Of a DNA stretch of 32,773 nucleotides, positions 9,407-18,451 are shown in pieces (the first letter of the stretch is position 1; each line of letters starts with the position of its first letter). The notes below the pieces were generated by a model. That model was not told the DNA's origin. It was given only the letters and a program-made list of their open reading frames with translations, and searched no databases. The translations under genes were made by a program, and so were the position numbers. Location: positions 1-32,773 of the forward strand of contig JAYODI010000068.1 in the NCBI GenBank assembly GCA_038279365.1. Reading direction: 5' to 3'. The DNA is from Candidatus Latescibacterota bacterium. Lineage in GTDB: Bacteria > Latescibacterota > UBA2968.

Positions 9407-11350
9407 TTGGATAAGACTTTGATTTCTACAATTCGGACGAGTGTGATTATTGTTGTGCTGACGGTGTTTTCGGCTTATGTGGCACAGCAGGTTGAGTTTG
9501 TTTATGGTGGGCCTTATATCGCGGGTGGGATTTTTCCGGCTACGGTTGTGTTGCCTGCTTTGCCGATTGGGTTGTTGGCGCTCATGTTGTTGTTTCGGCG
9601 TTGGTTGCCTGTGGGTGAACGGGCCGTGATTTATGCGGCGTTGGCCATTGGGGTGACGGTGACGGCATCGGGGTTGATGCATCGGTTTTTGCCGGGGTTG
9701 GTGACGGGTTTTTATGGAGGGTTTGCCAGCCCGAAGGGGAAGTATTATCCTTATTTGTTGCAATTTCCTGAGTGGATGATTCCGGGGGGGCCCAATTCTG
9801 CTGCGGCTGTGGGTGCATTTGAAGGCGATATGCCTGTGCCTTGGGATGCGTGGGCCACGCCAATTTTGGGTTGGTCGTCGTTTTTTATGGCGTTGTTTTT
9901 GACGTCGTTGTGTTTGGCGTGGTTGTTGCGCGAGCGATGGATTGAGACGGAGCGGTTGTCTTTTCCGTTGTTGGAGCTGCCCATTGCGCTGTTAGAGGGC
10001 GAGACCGATCAGCAATCGCTTTTTCGAAACCGTGCTTTTTTGTGGGGAATGGTTGTTCCGGCACTGTTGTTTGGCGTAAATGGGGTGAGTCATTATTTTC
10101 CGGCTTTGGCTCAAATTGGTACGGGTGTTGATTTTCAACATTTTTTGCTTGAAGAGCCTTGGAAAGCCTTGGCCGATTTAGAGTCGCCATTTGTGTTTAA
10201 CATATCGCCGTTTTTGGTTGGGATTTCTTTTTTGGCACCTGTTGAGGTGTCGTTGAGCACGTGGGTGTTTTACTTGCTTACGCGTGTTCAATTTTTGGTG
10301 ACCGATTTGATGGGGTTGACCGAGTATCGGGGTAATTTTTTGCCCAATGGGGGATCGGTTTGGCTCGATTGGCCGATGCACTTTCCCTTTTTGATGTCGC
10401 AAGCCCGTGGTGGGCTGATTGTGATTGCGCTGTTTAGTTTGTGGTCGGCACGCAGGGCATTTTCTGGGTCGTGGCGCAATCCGGCGATGTGGGGTTTTGT
10501 GGTTGGTTTGGGTGGGTTGTGGATTTGGACAATGGCCATTGGCTTGCCACCGTTGATTGGTTTTTTGGCGTTGATTTTGTTTTTGATTTTTAGTTTGGCG
10601 TTTGTGCGTTTGCGCGTAGATGGTGGTTTGCCAATGACACAGGTGTATGTGTTGATTGGCATTTTCTTTTTGATGGCAATGGGGTCTGGCCCACAAGTAT
10701 TTGCACAGACAACGGTGATTGGGTTTGCCTTTTTGGCTGTTTTGGGATACACAACCATTGGCGTTTGGCCTGCGTTCCAGTTTGAGGGTTTTAAGCTGGC
10801 CGAGCGGTTTGGGGTGTCGAATGGGAAAATGGTGTGGGGGATGTGTTTGGGATTGTTGGCGGGGTTGGCGGCAGGTTACTATTTTGCCCTGGAAACGATT
10901 TATGAATATGGTATTTTTGCTTTGCAAGAACAAGGTGGTGCGCGTGTAGAGACACGCATTGGGCGATATTATAGTTATTTGTATTCTTTGGCAGGAGATA
11001 CCGAAGCATTGCCCGATGGTGAGCGGTTGTGGATTCATGTGGCGGGCGGGGTGTTTACGTGGTTTTTGATTGTGATGCGCCAACGGTTTTTGCGCTGGCC
11101 GTTTCATCCGATGGGTTTTGTTTTTGGTACGGGTTTTGGTTGGATGATGTGGGGGTCGGCATTTGTGGGTTGGGTGTGCAAGTGGCTCACGGTGCGTTAT
11201 GGGGGTGCGTCAACGTATCGGCATGTGCGGCCGTTTTTCTTGGGAATGATTTTTGGCGAGATTGGGATGCGGTTGTTCTGGGCGGGAGTGGCGTATATGA
11301 AGGGTGAGATGGGGATGGGATATGATATGCCGTTTATGACGGAGTATTAG
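9407..11350 (+). CDS. DUF6785-like polytopic membrane protein (OPT-superfamily-related)
   Basis: Many TM helices; motifs 'VPW.AW..PI.GW', 'W...ERL.FPL..LP', 'WPFHPMG', 'RYGG...YR...PFFLG.I.GE'; TTG start is uncertain. Confidence 0.7.
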   Translation: MDKTLISTIRTSVIIVVLTVFSAYVAQQVEFVYGGPYIAGGIFPATVVLPALPIGLLALMLLFRRWLPVGERAVIYAALAIGVTVTASGLMHRFLPGLVTGFYGGFASPKGKYYPYLLQFPEWMIPGGPNSAAAVGAFEGDMPVPWDAWATPILGWSSFFMALFLTSLCLAWLLRERWIETERLSFPLLELPIALLEGETDQQSLFRNRAFLWGMVVPALLFGVNGVSHYFPALAQIGTGVDFQHFLLEEPWKALADLESPFVFNISPFLVGISFLAPVEVSLSTWVFYLLTRVQFLVTDLMGLTEYRGNFLPNGGSVWLDWPMHFPFLMSQARGGLIVIALFSLWSARRAFSGSWRNPAMWGFVVGLGGLWIWTMAIGLPPLIGFLALILFLIFSLAFVRLRVDGGLPMTQVYVLIGIFFLMAMGSGPQVFAQTTVIGFAFLAVLGYTTIGVWPAFQFEGFKLAERFGVSNGKMVWGMCLGLLAGLAAGYYFALETIYEYGIFALQEQGGARVETRIGRYYSYLYSLAGDTEALPDGERLWIHVAGGVFTWFLIVMRQRFLRWPFHPMGFVFGTGFGWMMWGSAFVGWVCKWLTVRYGGASTYRHVRPFFLGMIFGEIGMRLFWAGVAYMKGEMGMGYDMPFMTEY

Positions 11351-11417
11351 AGCACAGATTTTAGCATTAATTTCCATTTAATAGCAATGTTTTTGCGATT
11401 TTTTAAAGGTTATTCCA

Positions 11418-13433
11418 TTGGCAGATAAGCACACACAAGATGAAGAATTAGAGCAATATCGCTCACTTATGGATCGGCCCGATACGTTTGAGGAAGGGTT
11501 TACACTTCGAACAGTGATTGGCGCGTTTTTTGTTGGGTTTATCATGATGCCCGGTGCCATTTATATGGGGTTGATTGCTGGCGTGAGTATGGGCCCTGCA
11601 GCAGAGTGGGTGACGATCATTTTGTTTTCGGAGTTGGCACGACGCTCGTTTTCACCGCTGACGCGGCAAGAGATTTATGTGATCTATTATGTGGCTGGCG
11701 GACTTGCAGGTGTGATCAGTGGTGGTGTGGGTGGGATGATGATTGCGGGAGGGCCATTTGGGCAGTTGATTTGGAATCAGTATCTTGTGCAGTCGCAGGC
11801 CGTGGAAGGGTTTGGCATTGCAGAATTTATTCCTCAATGGGTGGCACCGGCTGCTGGCAGTGAAGCGTTGGCGGCACGCACCTTTTTTCATTATGCGTGG
11901 TTGCCTGCGGTGGCCGTTTTGGTGGCCTCACAGGTGTTGTCGCGGGCTGAGTGGTTTAGCTTGGGGTATATCCTTTTTCGCATTACGTCTGATGTGGAGC
12001 GTTTGCCTTTTCCATTGGCTCCGGTGGCTGCGCAAGGTGCCATGGCTTTGGCCGAAGGTGGCGAAGATGAAGAGAAGGAGAGTTGGCGTTGGCGGGTGTT
12101 TTCAATTGGGATGGGTATCGGATTGTTGTTTGGCTCTATTTATGTGGGGTTGCCTGCACTTACAGGGTTAGTTGCCAGCGATCCGATTGCACTGTTGCCC
12201 ATTCCATGGATTGATTTGACCACGACGACGGAATCGTTTTTGCCTGCTGCACCTTTGGGTATTGGAACGGATTTGGGTTTGGTGATTATTGGTATGGTGT
12301 TGCCGTTTTGGGTGGTTGTGGGCAGTTTTGCTGCGGCAATGGTTCACGCGTTGGGTAGCCCGGTTTTGTATCACGCAGGGTATTTAACCCACTGGCGCCC
12401 TGGCATGGATACGATTTTAACACATTTTTCAAATGACGTAGATGTGTGGATGAGTGTTTACATTGGCTCTGGTGCCATGGTGGGGCTGATTGGGCTTTAT
12501 CACGCCTTTAAATCTATTGGTGATCGGCGCAAAGAAAATGCAGGTGGGCGCGGCAGTTTGTCGGATACACCCGCAGGGCGCGGTGACTTCCCATTTTGGG
12601 GCGCGGTGGGTGTATATTTGCTGGCCACTTTGTCGATGATTTTGTTGTGTTTGTATTTGTTAGAAGACGATGATTTCCCACTGTTGTTTTTGATTGCATT
12701 TGGGTTTTTACTCACGCCATTGTTGTCTTATATCAATGCCCGAATGGCAGGGCTTACGGGGCAAACGGTTGGGTTTCCAATGATTCGTGAGGGCGCGTTT
12801 ATTTTTAGTGGGTATAAGGGTGTGGATATTTGGTTTGTGCCCATTCCTTATGCCGATCACGGGCGACGGGCGCAACTGTTCCGGGAAGTGGAATTGACGG
12901 GTACAAAGTTTACGAGTATTTTGAAGGCCGAATTGTTGGTGTTGCCCATGAGTTTACTTTGCGGGTTGATTTTCTGGTCGCTCATTTGGCTGATGGCACC
13001 CATTCCCTCTCCCGTTTTTCAATATGCGCAGAATTATTGGCACCTGATTGCTTTGCGCCAAAGTTTGTGGTATTCGTCTACGCTGCCTGGTGTAACGGAT
13101 TCTTTGTTTAGTGAAGCGATTAAGTGGGAGTGGATTGCAGGTGGGTTTGCATTTACTGCGGGATCGTATTTTGTGTTGTCGTTTATGCGAATGCCCGTGT
13201 CATTGATTTACGGATTTATTCGAGGTTTGCAAGGTTTGCCTCATATGTTGATCCCTGAAATGATCGGTGCGCTGATTGGTCGATATTACTTGGAGAATCG
13301 ATTTGGTGTGCGCCAATGGCGGCAATATGCCCCAGTGATTTTTGCAGGCTTCGCGTGTGGAATGGGGTTGATTGGGATGTCGTCGGTGGCGATTGCGTTG
13401 ATTTCAAAATCCGTGACGCAGTTGCGATATTAA
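11418..13433 (+). CDS. OPT-like peptide-transporter membrane protein
   Basis: 671 aa with many TM helices; shares 'ERLPFPL' with the upstream protein; TTG start after AAAGG. Confidence 0.7.
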   Translation: MADKHTQDEELEQYRSLMDRPDTFEEGFTLRTVIGAFFVGFIMMPGAIYMGLIAGVSMGPAAEWVTIILFSELARRSFSPLTRQEIYVIYYVAGGLAGVISGGVGGMMIAGGPFGQLIWNQYLVQSQAVEGFGIAEFIPQWVAPAAGSEALAARTFFHYAWLPAVAVLVASQVLSRAEWFSLGYILFRITSDVERLPFPLAPVAAQGAMALAEGGEDEEKESWRWRVFSIGMGIGLLFGSIYVGLPALTGLVASDPIALLPIPWIDLTTTTESFLPAAPLGIGTDLGLVIIGMVLPFWVVVGSFAAAMVHALGSPVLYHAGYLTHWRPGMDTILTHFSNDVDVWMSVYIGSGAMVGLIGLYHAFKSIGDRRKENAGGRGSLSDTPAGRGDFPFWGAVGVYLLATLSMILLCLYLLEDDDFPLLFLIAFGFLLTPLLSYINARMAGLTGQTVGFPMIREGAFIFSGYKGVDIWFVPIPYADHGRRAQLFREVELTGTKFTSILKAELLVLPMSLLCGLIFWSLIWLMAPIPSPVFQYAQNYWHLIALRQSLWYSSTLPGVTDSLFSEAIKWEWIAGGFAFTAGSYFVLSFMRMPVSLIYGFIRGLQGLPHMLIPEMIGALIGRYYLENRFGVRQWRQYAPVIFAGFACGMGLIGMSSVAIALISKSVTQLRY

Positions 13434-13434
13434 T

Positions 13435-13459
13435 GTAGGGGCGCGGTTTCCGCGCCCTA
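13435..13459 (+). repeat. GTAG-type REP-like hairpin
   Basis: GTAG-GGGCGCGG-TTT-CCGCGCCC-TA immediately after the stop codon, followed by a T-rich tract. Confidence 0.5.
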
Positions 13460-13491
13460 ATTTTGTTTTTTGAGACAGGTTACGCGTGTTA

Positions 13492-13520
13492 CAAAAGCCG
13501 CTTTTCAAAAGCGGCTTTTG
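13492..13520. terminator. Bidirectional intrinsic terminator
   Basis: Perfect inverted repeat CAAAAGCCGCTTTT-C-AAAAGCGGCTTTTG. Confidence 0.8.
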
Positions 13521-13591
13521 TGTTTTATAAATATATGTTTTTGGAAACAAAATTAGTTTAATTGATTTCCATTAATATGCAAAAATTTTTC

Positions 13592-13620
13592 TTGATATCT
13601 GCACGGATGTTTACTATTAT
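13592..13620 (+). promoter_or_regulatory. Sigma70-type promoter
   Basis: TTGATA-17 bp-TATTAT upstream of ORF 13732. Confidence 0.6.
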
Positions 13621-13731
13621 TATCCAAGCAATCAGCGGTCAGGTCTTATGTTGGTGTGTGTGGTTGGGTGGTTAAAAGCTGACCGTTGATTGCTGACCAC
13701 TTTTATCGGATTGAGTTATCAAGGGGGAATC

Positions 13732-14700
13732 ATGAGCACCGTACTTGAAGGGTTGACGTGTCGACCATTGTGGGTGTCGCAAATGGGGTGTTTAAAGGGG
13801 TGTTTGGATTATTTGGAAATGGGTATGTCTGAAGCGTGGTTGTTTGGGGTAACAGGGCATGCATTTGTGAACAATATCGCATTTGATGTGTGCCCCAGTG
13901 GCCCCACCGCCTGGCAATGTAATCGAATATTTGAGTTGGGAAAAAATGCAGGTTTTGATGTGGAGACGGTTTTTGCTTGCAAAGAGAATGGTGATTTTGC
14001 CGAACGGCAACTCAAAGCATGGACGTTTGTGCGCGAAGCCCTTGATGCGGGTGTGCCGTGTTATGGGTGGGAATTACAAAAACCTGAGTACTATGCCATT
14101 TTAGGATATGACGATACGGGTTATCGGTTTCACGGCCATGGTGCCGATGTTGAAACCCCTGCACGCGCTTGGAATACCTTGGGCAATACGGATATTGGTG
14201 TTTTGACCGTACATTCGGTTAAGCCCGGGCGAGCTGTTGAAGATGATGTGGCTGTGCGTGAGGCCCTTGCCTTTGCTGTTCAATTTGGTCGGTCGCGTCA
14301 GTGGGTATTTGAAAATTACACATCTGGCCCCGATGGGTTTTTGGTTTGGGCCAAGGCATTGGAAACGGGGCAAGCCAATGGTTTTGGCGTGGCCTATAAT
14401 GCTGTGATTTGGGCCGAGTGTCGCAAATATGCTGTGGAGTTTTTAAAGTTGGTGGTTTCGCGTGGCATTTTGTCTCGTGATGAAGTGCAAGAAGCACGTG
14501 AAGCATATGAAGTATCTCACCACGCGCTTCGGGAAATTGCTGAATTGTTTCCTTTTTTTGGTCACGATGCAAGCCAGGTTCAAGATAAAACACGCGTGCA
14601 AAAAGCGGTCACCTTTCTGCACCAAATACACGATGCAGAAGATCGCGCCTTAAATACATTTGAAGAAATTGTATCTTCAGAAATTGTGATTCATTCATAG
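13732..14700 (+). CDS. Hypothetical protein (weak BtrH/C39-like N-terminal resemblance)
   Basis: AGGGGG RBS before ATG 13732; 'WLFGVTGHAF...CPSGP' and 'ILGYDD.GY' motifs. Confidence 0.6.
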   Translation: MSTVLEGLTCRPLWVSQMGCLKGCLDYLEMGMSEAWLFGVTGHAFVNNIAFDVCPSGPTAWQCNRIFELGKNAGFDVETVFACKENGDFAERQLKAWTFVREALDAGVPCYGWELQKPEYYAILGYDDTGYRFHGHGADVETPARAWNTLGNTDIGVLTVHSVKPGRAVEDDVAVREALAFAVQFGRSRQWVFENYTSGPDGFLVWAKALETGQANGFGVAYNAVIWAECRKYAVEFLKLVVSRGILSRDEVQEAREAYEVSHHALREIAELFPFFGHDASQVQDKTRVQKAVTFLHQIHDAEDRALNTFEEIVSSEIVIHS

Positions 14701-14724
14701 TGACTCATCAAGTTGGAGTGTTTC

Positions 14725-15597
14725 ATGGCAGAGGATTTACCCGATTTTGATGCACTGTGGGATTATCACAATCCCGCCAAAACAGAGCAATTGTTTCTTG
14801 AAGTGTTGCCCGTAGCACAAAATGATGGCGATGATGATTATTTGGCTCAGTTGCTCACACAAATCGCGCGCACACAGGGTTTGCAACGCAAGTTTGATGT
14901 GGCCCATCAAACTTTAGATGAAGTGAAAGAGTTACTTTGCGAAAAAACGCCAATTGCACAGATTCGTTATCTTTTAGAACGCGGGCGGGTTTATAACTCA
15001 TCACAGAAAGCGGATGAAGCCCGTTTGTTGTTTAAACAAGCGTGGGATGTTGCACGACAAAACAGCGAAGATTATTATGCGGTTGATGCGGCGCATATGT
15101 TGGGTATTTGTGAAACAGGTGACGAATCGTTGTGGTGGAACGAACGGGCAATGGAAGTGGCAGAAGCATCTAATCACCCTCGTGCCAAGGGCTGGTTGGG
15201 TTCGCTGTATAACAATACGGGATGGACGTATCACGATATGGGCAATTATGAACGTGCATTGACCTTGTTTGAAAAAGGTTTGGCTTGGCGAGAAGAACGC
15301 CATGATACCATTGCCACCCAAATTGCCAAATGGACGGTTGCACGCACGTTGCGTTCAATGGGGCGTGTTGAAGAGGCCCTTGAAAAACAGCGTGTGCTTC
15401 ACGAAGAAAATAAAGCAATGGATCGACCTGACCCGTATGTGTCTGAAGAGATGGGTGAATGTCTCCTGGCACTGGGGCACGCGACCGAAGCCCAACCGCA
15501 TTTTGCACGCGCGTATGAAGCTTTGTCACAAGACGAATGGCTCAAAGACAAAGACCCCGAACGCATTGAACGACTCAAAACATTGGCTGTGGGTTAA
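14725..15597 (+). CDS. Tetratricopeptide repeat protein
   Basis: TPR motifs, e.g. 'SLYNNTGWTYHDMGNYERALTLFEKGL'; GGAG RBS before ATG 14725. Confidence 0.85.
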   Translation: MAEDLPDFDALWDYHNPAKTEQLFLEVLPVAQNDGDDDYLAQLLTQIARTQGLQRKFDVAHQTLDEVKELLCEKTPIAQIRYLLERGRVYNSSQKADEARLLFKQAWDVARQNSEDYYAVDAAHMLGICETGDESLWWNERAMEVAEASNHPRAKGWLGSLYNNTGWTYHDMGNYERALTLFEKGLAWREERHDTIATQIAKWTVARTLRSMGRVEEALEKQRVLHEENKAMDRPDPYVSEEMGECLLALGHATEAQPHFARAYEALSQDEWLKDKDPERIERLKTLAVG

Positions 15598-15653
15598 GAG
15601 GCAACATACATTATCACTTGTTTTTTTGTAGTTTTTAAGCTACTTTTTGAAAA

Positions 15654-15971
15654 ATGCAAAATATTCGACCAAAAGAATTACGAGAATATATCATTGCAAC
15701 GGGACGTTCTCCTTTTGGTGAGTGGCTTATTTCTTTAAAAGATCCTCAAATACGTGCTCGAATTCGTGTTCGTTTAGATCGTTTAAGTTTGGGTCTTTTT
15801 GGCGATTGTAAGTTGCTTGGGCATGGACTATAAGAATTGCGTCTCAATTTTGGTTCTGGATATCGCATTTATTTTGGACAAGATGGCGATGTTTTGGTGA
15901 TTTTGTTGTGTGGTGGTGATAAATCAACACAACAAAAGGATATCGAAAAAGCGCGTGTATTTAAGGCGAAA
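15654..15971 (+). pseudogene. RelE/ParE-like 'addiction module killer' toxin with an internal stop
   Basis: Reads MQNIRPKELREY...GRSPFGEWL.SLKD..IRARIRVRLDRL.LG.FGDCK..G.GL*ELR..FG.GYRIYFG......[14 protein letters not shown], with in-frame TAA at 15831-15833. Confidence 0.85.
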
Positions 15972-16280
15972 ATGATGAATACTGTGTCTCGTTCTTATCG
16001 TGCTGAGTTATTAAAAGCTTTGACAGACCCCGGTGAAGCTGCTGAATATTTAAATGCCGCTTTAGATGATGGCGAGCAGGAGGTGTTTCTTCTTGCATTA
16101 CGTCATGTTGCAGAAGCACATGGGATCAGTCATATTGCAGAAGATGCCCATTTGAACCGTGAGTCTATGTATCGAATGCTTTCCAAATCGGGTAACCCAC
16201 AATTATCCAGTTTATCGGCAATTTTGAAGACGATGGGATTGGAATTGTCGATAAGTGTTAAAGACGTAGAAACGGCTTAG
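15972..16280 (+). CDS. Addiction module antidote protein (HTH antitoxin)
   Basis: 'AAEYLNAAL...[16 protein letters not shown]....[23 protein letters not shown]' is the family pattern; ATG 15972 or 15975. Confidence 0.85.
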   Translation: MMNTVSRSYRAELLKALTDPGEAAEYLNAALDDGEQEVFLLALRHVAEAHGISHIAEDAHLNRESMYRMLSKSGNPQLSSLSAILKTMGLELSISVKDVETA

Positions 16281-16430
16281 GATAGATTTGCCAAATTAAC
16301 TCAATAAAGTATATCATACACCGCCTCATTGAAATTTTATTTCAATGAGGCGATTTTTTTACCACCAGTTATATTGATTTGGGTCTTTAAGTGTAGAAAG
16401 AAGGCCTTCACATTTTTATCAAGAGTCTAT

Positions 16431-17250
16431 ATGGAAACCTTAAATGCCCTCGTTCGTTGTGCGCAATTGGGTGATACACGTGCTTACAATGCCATTGTGA
16501 TCCGATTTCAAGATATGGCGTTTGCGTATGCCTATTCTTTTTTGAAAGATTTTCACCTGGCACAAGATGTCGCACAAGAGGCATTTGTTGGTGCGTTTTA
16601 CGATTTGCCCAATTTGAGAGCTCCCGAAGCCTTCGCCTCTTGGTTTCGCCGTGTGGTGTATAAACAGTGTGATCGCGTAACACGTGGTAAGTCGTATGAC
16701 ACCATTTCGTTGGACGATGTGGTGTTGCGCTCACCCGATAAAGATCCGATGGCACAATTGGAAAGCCAGGAAATGAAAACTTATGTGCTCAATGCCATTC
16801 AGGTCTTACCAGAAGAAGAACGTCAAGTGGTTACGCTGTTTTATATGAGTGATTATACCCACACTGAAATTGCCGCATTTCTCGATATGTCTGAGACCAC
16901 TGTGAATAACCGACTGCGTGCGGCAAGAAAACGCCTTAAGAAAGGACTGTTAGATATGACCAAAGATACACTTAAAAATGAGGCACCATCGCGCGACATC
17001 CAGTTTTCTGATCGCGTTGCAAAGGCCCTTAATGTTATTGGTCTTTGTGAGGCCGCCCAATCGGGCGATTTGGCAGTGGTAAAACAAGTAGTTGAAGCCA
17101 ATCCAAAATTGATGCAAGCCCAACACCCCGAATTGTCGCCGCGAAATATGCCACTTCGCGCCATTCATATGGCGTCGCAAGAAGGGCATGCCGATGTGGT
17201 GGCCTTTTTATTGGATCATGGGAGATTTGTTGCGCAAACACGGGGCCTGA
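16431..17250 (+). pseudogene. ECF sigma-70 factor fused to ankyrin repeats, with an internal deletion/frameshift near 17220
   Basis: Sigma2 'AQDVAQEAF' and sigma4 'EIAAFL.....TVNNRL..ARKRLK'; ankyrin 'AIHMASQEGHADVVAFLLDHG'. The natural end 'DLLRKHGA*' lies in a shifted frame (17224-17250). The uncorrected frame runs to 17381. Confidence 0.7.
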
Positions 17251-17261
17251 GTAGGAAGAAG

Positions 17262-17287
17262 AAAAAGGGACACCTGCTCCCTTTTTT
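17262..17287 (+). terminator. Intrinsic terminator
   Basis: AAAAAGGGA-N7-TCCCTTTTTT just after TGA at 17250. Confidence 0.6.
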
Positions 17288-17396
17288 AGAAGGGATACGG
17301 AGGGGTCATTTTTTTGTTGGCACAGGCGTAGGTGATGGCACATCTTTAAGGGTCAATGAAATAAGGATTGTGTCCAATTAAACAGAGGTCAACAAT

Positions 17397-18260
17397 ATGT
17401 CTCAAGTGATGAATGCCGATGGTTTGCCCGCTATTGAATTAACTGAGGAACAGAAATACATTTTTGATACGCGCGGTTGGCTCAGTGTGCCTGGCGTGCT
17501 AAGTGACAGTGATGTTGCAGAAATGCGTGAATTTGCCTATCAAATGGCGCGAGATCCCAAATCTATTTCTGAAGATGAACGCTCTTCGGTAGGCGGGCCC
17601 TTACAACGGTTGACCGATCACCCCATTGTGGTTGGTTTTATGAATGAGTTTGTTGCCTATGATCCACTTGCTTCGGAAGATGGATATGGGTTTCGATGTG
17701 AGGGCAGTTTTTTGACCATTCGCCCATGGGGTCCGGGCAATAAGACGTTTCAACCTCACGGTGGGAGTGGTGTGTTTAATTTTCCGGGCAATCATCATAC
17801 TTATCATGCACGGCCTGGCAAAGCAAACAGTGGTTTGACCCGAGTTGTGTGGGAGTTGAATCCAATTGTAAAAGGAGATGGAGGAACACTCTTTTTGAGT
17901 GGCAGTCATAAGGCCACGTTTAATCGCCCACCGTCAACGGATGATGAAGACAGTCCATTGTGGGACAGTTATGAATGTCCGGCAGGATCGGTGCTCTTTT
18001 TTACGGAAGCGGTTACGCATGCAGGTGTGGTGTGGAAAACGACAGAGCGTGAACGATGTGCTGTATTTAATTGTTACAATACGATTGGCAGCAAGTGGCA
18101 TTCTTGGGAGCCACCCGAAGCGGTGTTTCAGGCCATGCCATCTAAAAGACAAAGTTTGTTTCGCCACGTTTATTGCCAAGGCAATGCCATCAATCCGGGT
18201 GACAAGGTGAATCCTGGCAATTCCTTTTTCCCACGTCGGGTGTCCAAAGTTGTGGGATAA
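17397..18260 (+). CDS. PhyH-like Fe(II)/2-oxoglutarate-dependent oxygenase (HxG variant)
   Basis: 'LTEEQKYIFD.RGWL.VPGVLS', 'GG.LF..GSHK', 'AGSVLFFTEA..H', 'ER' motifs; GAGG RBS. Confidence 0.8.
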   Translation: MSQVMNADGLPAIELTEEQKYIFDTRGWLSVPGVLSDSDVAEMREFAYQMARDPKSISEDERSSVGGPLQRLTDHPIVVGFMNEFVAYDPLASEDGYGFRCEGSFLTIRPWGPGNKTFQPHGGSGVFNFPGNHHTYHARPGKANSGLTRVVWELNPIVKGDGGTLFLSGSHKATFNRPPSTDDEDSPLWDSYECPAGSVLFFTEAVTHAGVVWKTTERERCAVFNCYNTIGSKWHSWEPPEAVFQAMPSKRQSLFRHVYCQGNAINPGDKVNPGNSFFPRRVSKVVG

Positions 18261-18294
18261 ATGTTGGCGGGTGATATTTTTAAGTTGAATCAAC

Positions 18295-18335
18295 AATAAA
18301 GCTCCGATTCTGATGACGAATCGGAGCTTTATTTT
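18295..18335. terminator. Intrinsic terminator (probably bidirectional)
   Basis: 16-bp perfect stem AATAAAGCTCCGATTC/GAATCGGAGCTTTATT. Confidence 0.8.
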
Positions 18336-18451
18336 CGATAAGTTACACACAAACAAAAATAAATTTAAAAAAACAATATAGGGTGGTATGATTTTTAGGA
18401 CAAGTTGGGCCTTTTATGATAGATGCTCACTTGTAACCATAAAGGTTGAAT

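Noticed and set aside
8079-11107. Long minus-strand ORFs 8079-8834 and 10178-11107
   Set aside because: H/Q/P/K-rich shadows caused by the GT-rich codons of the membrane-protein genes.
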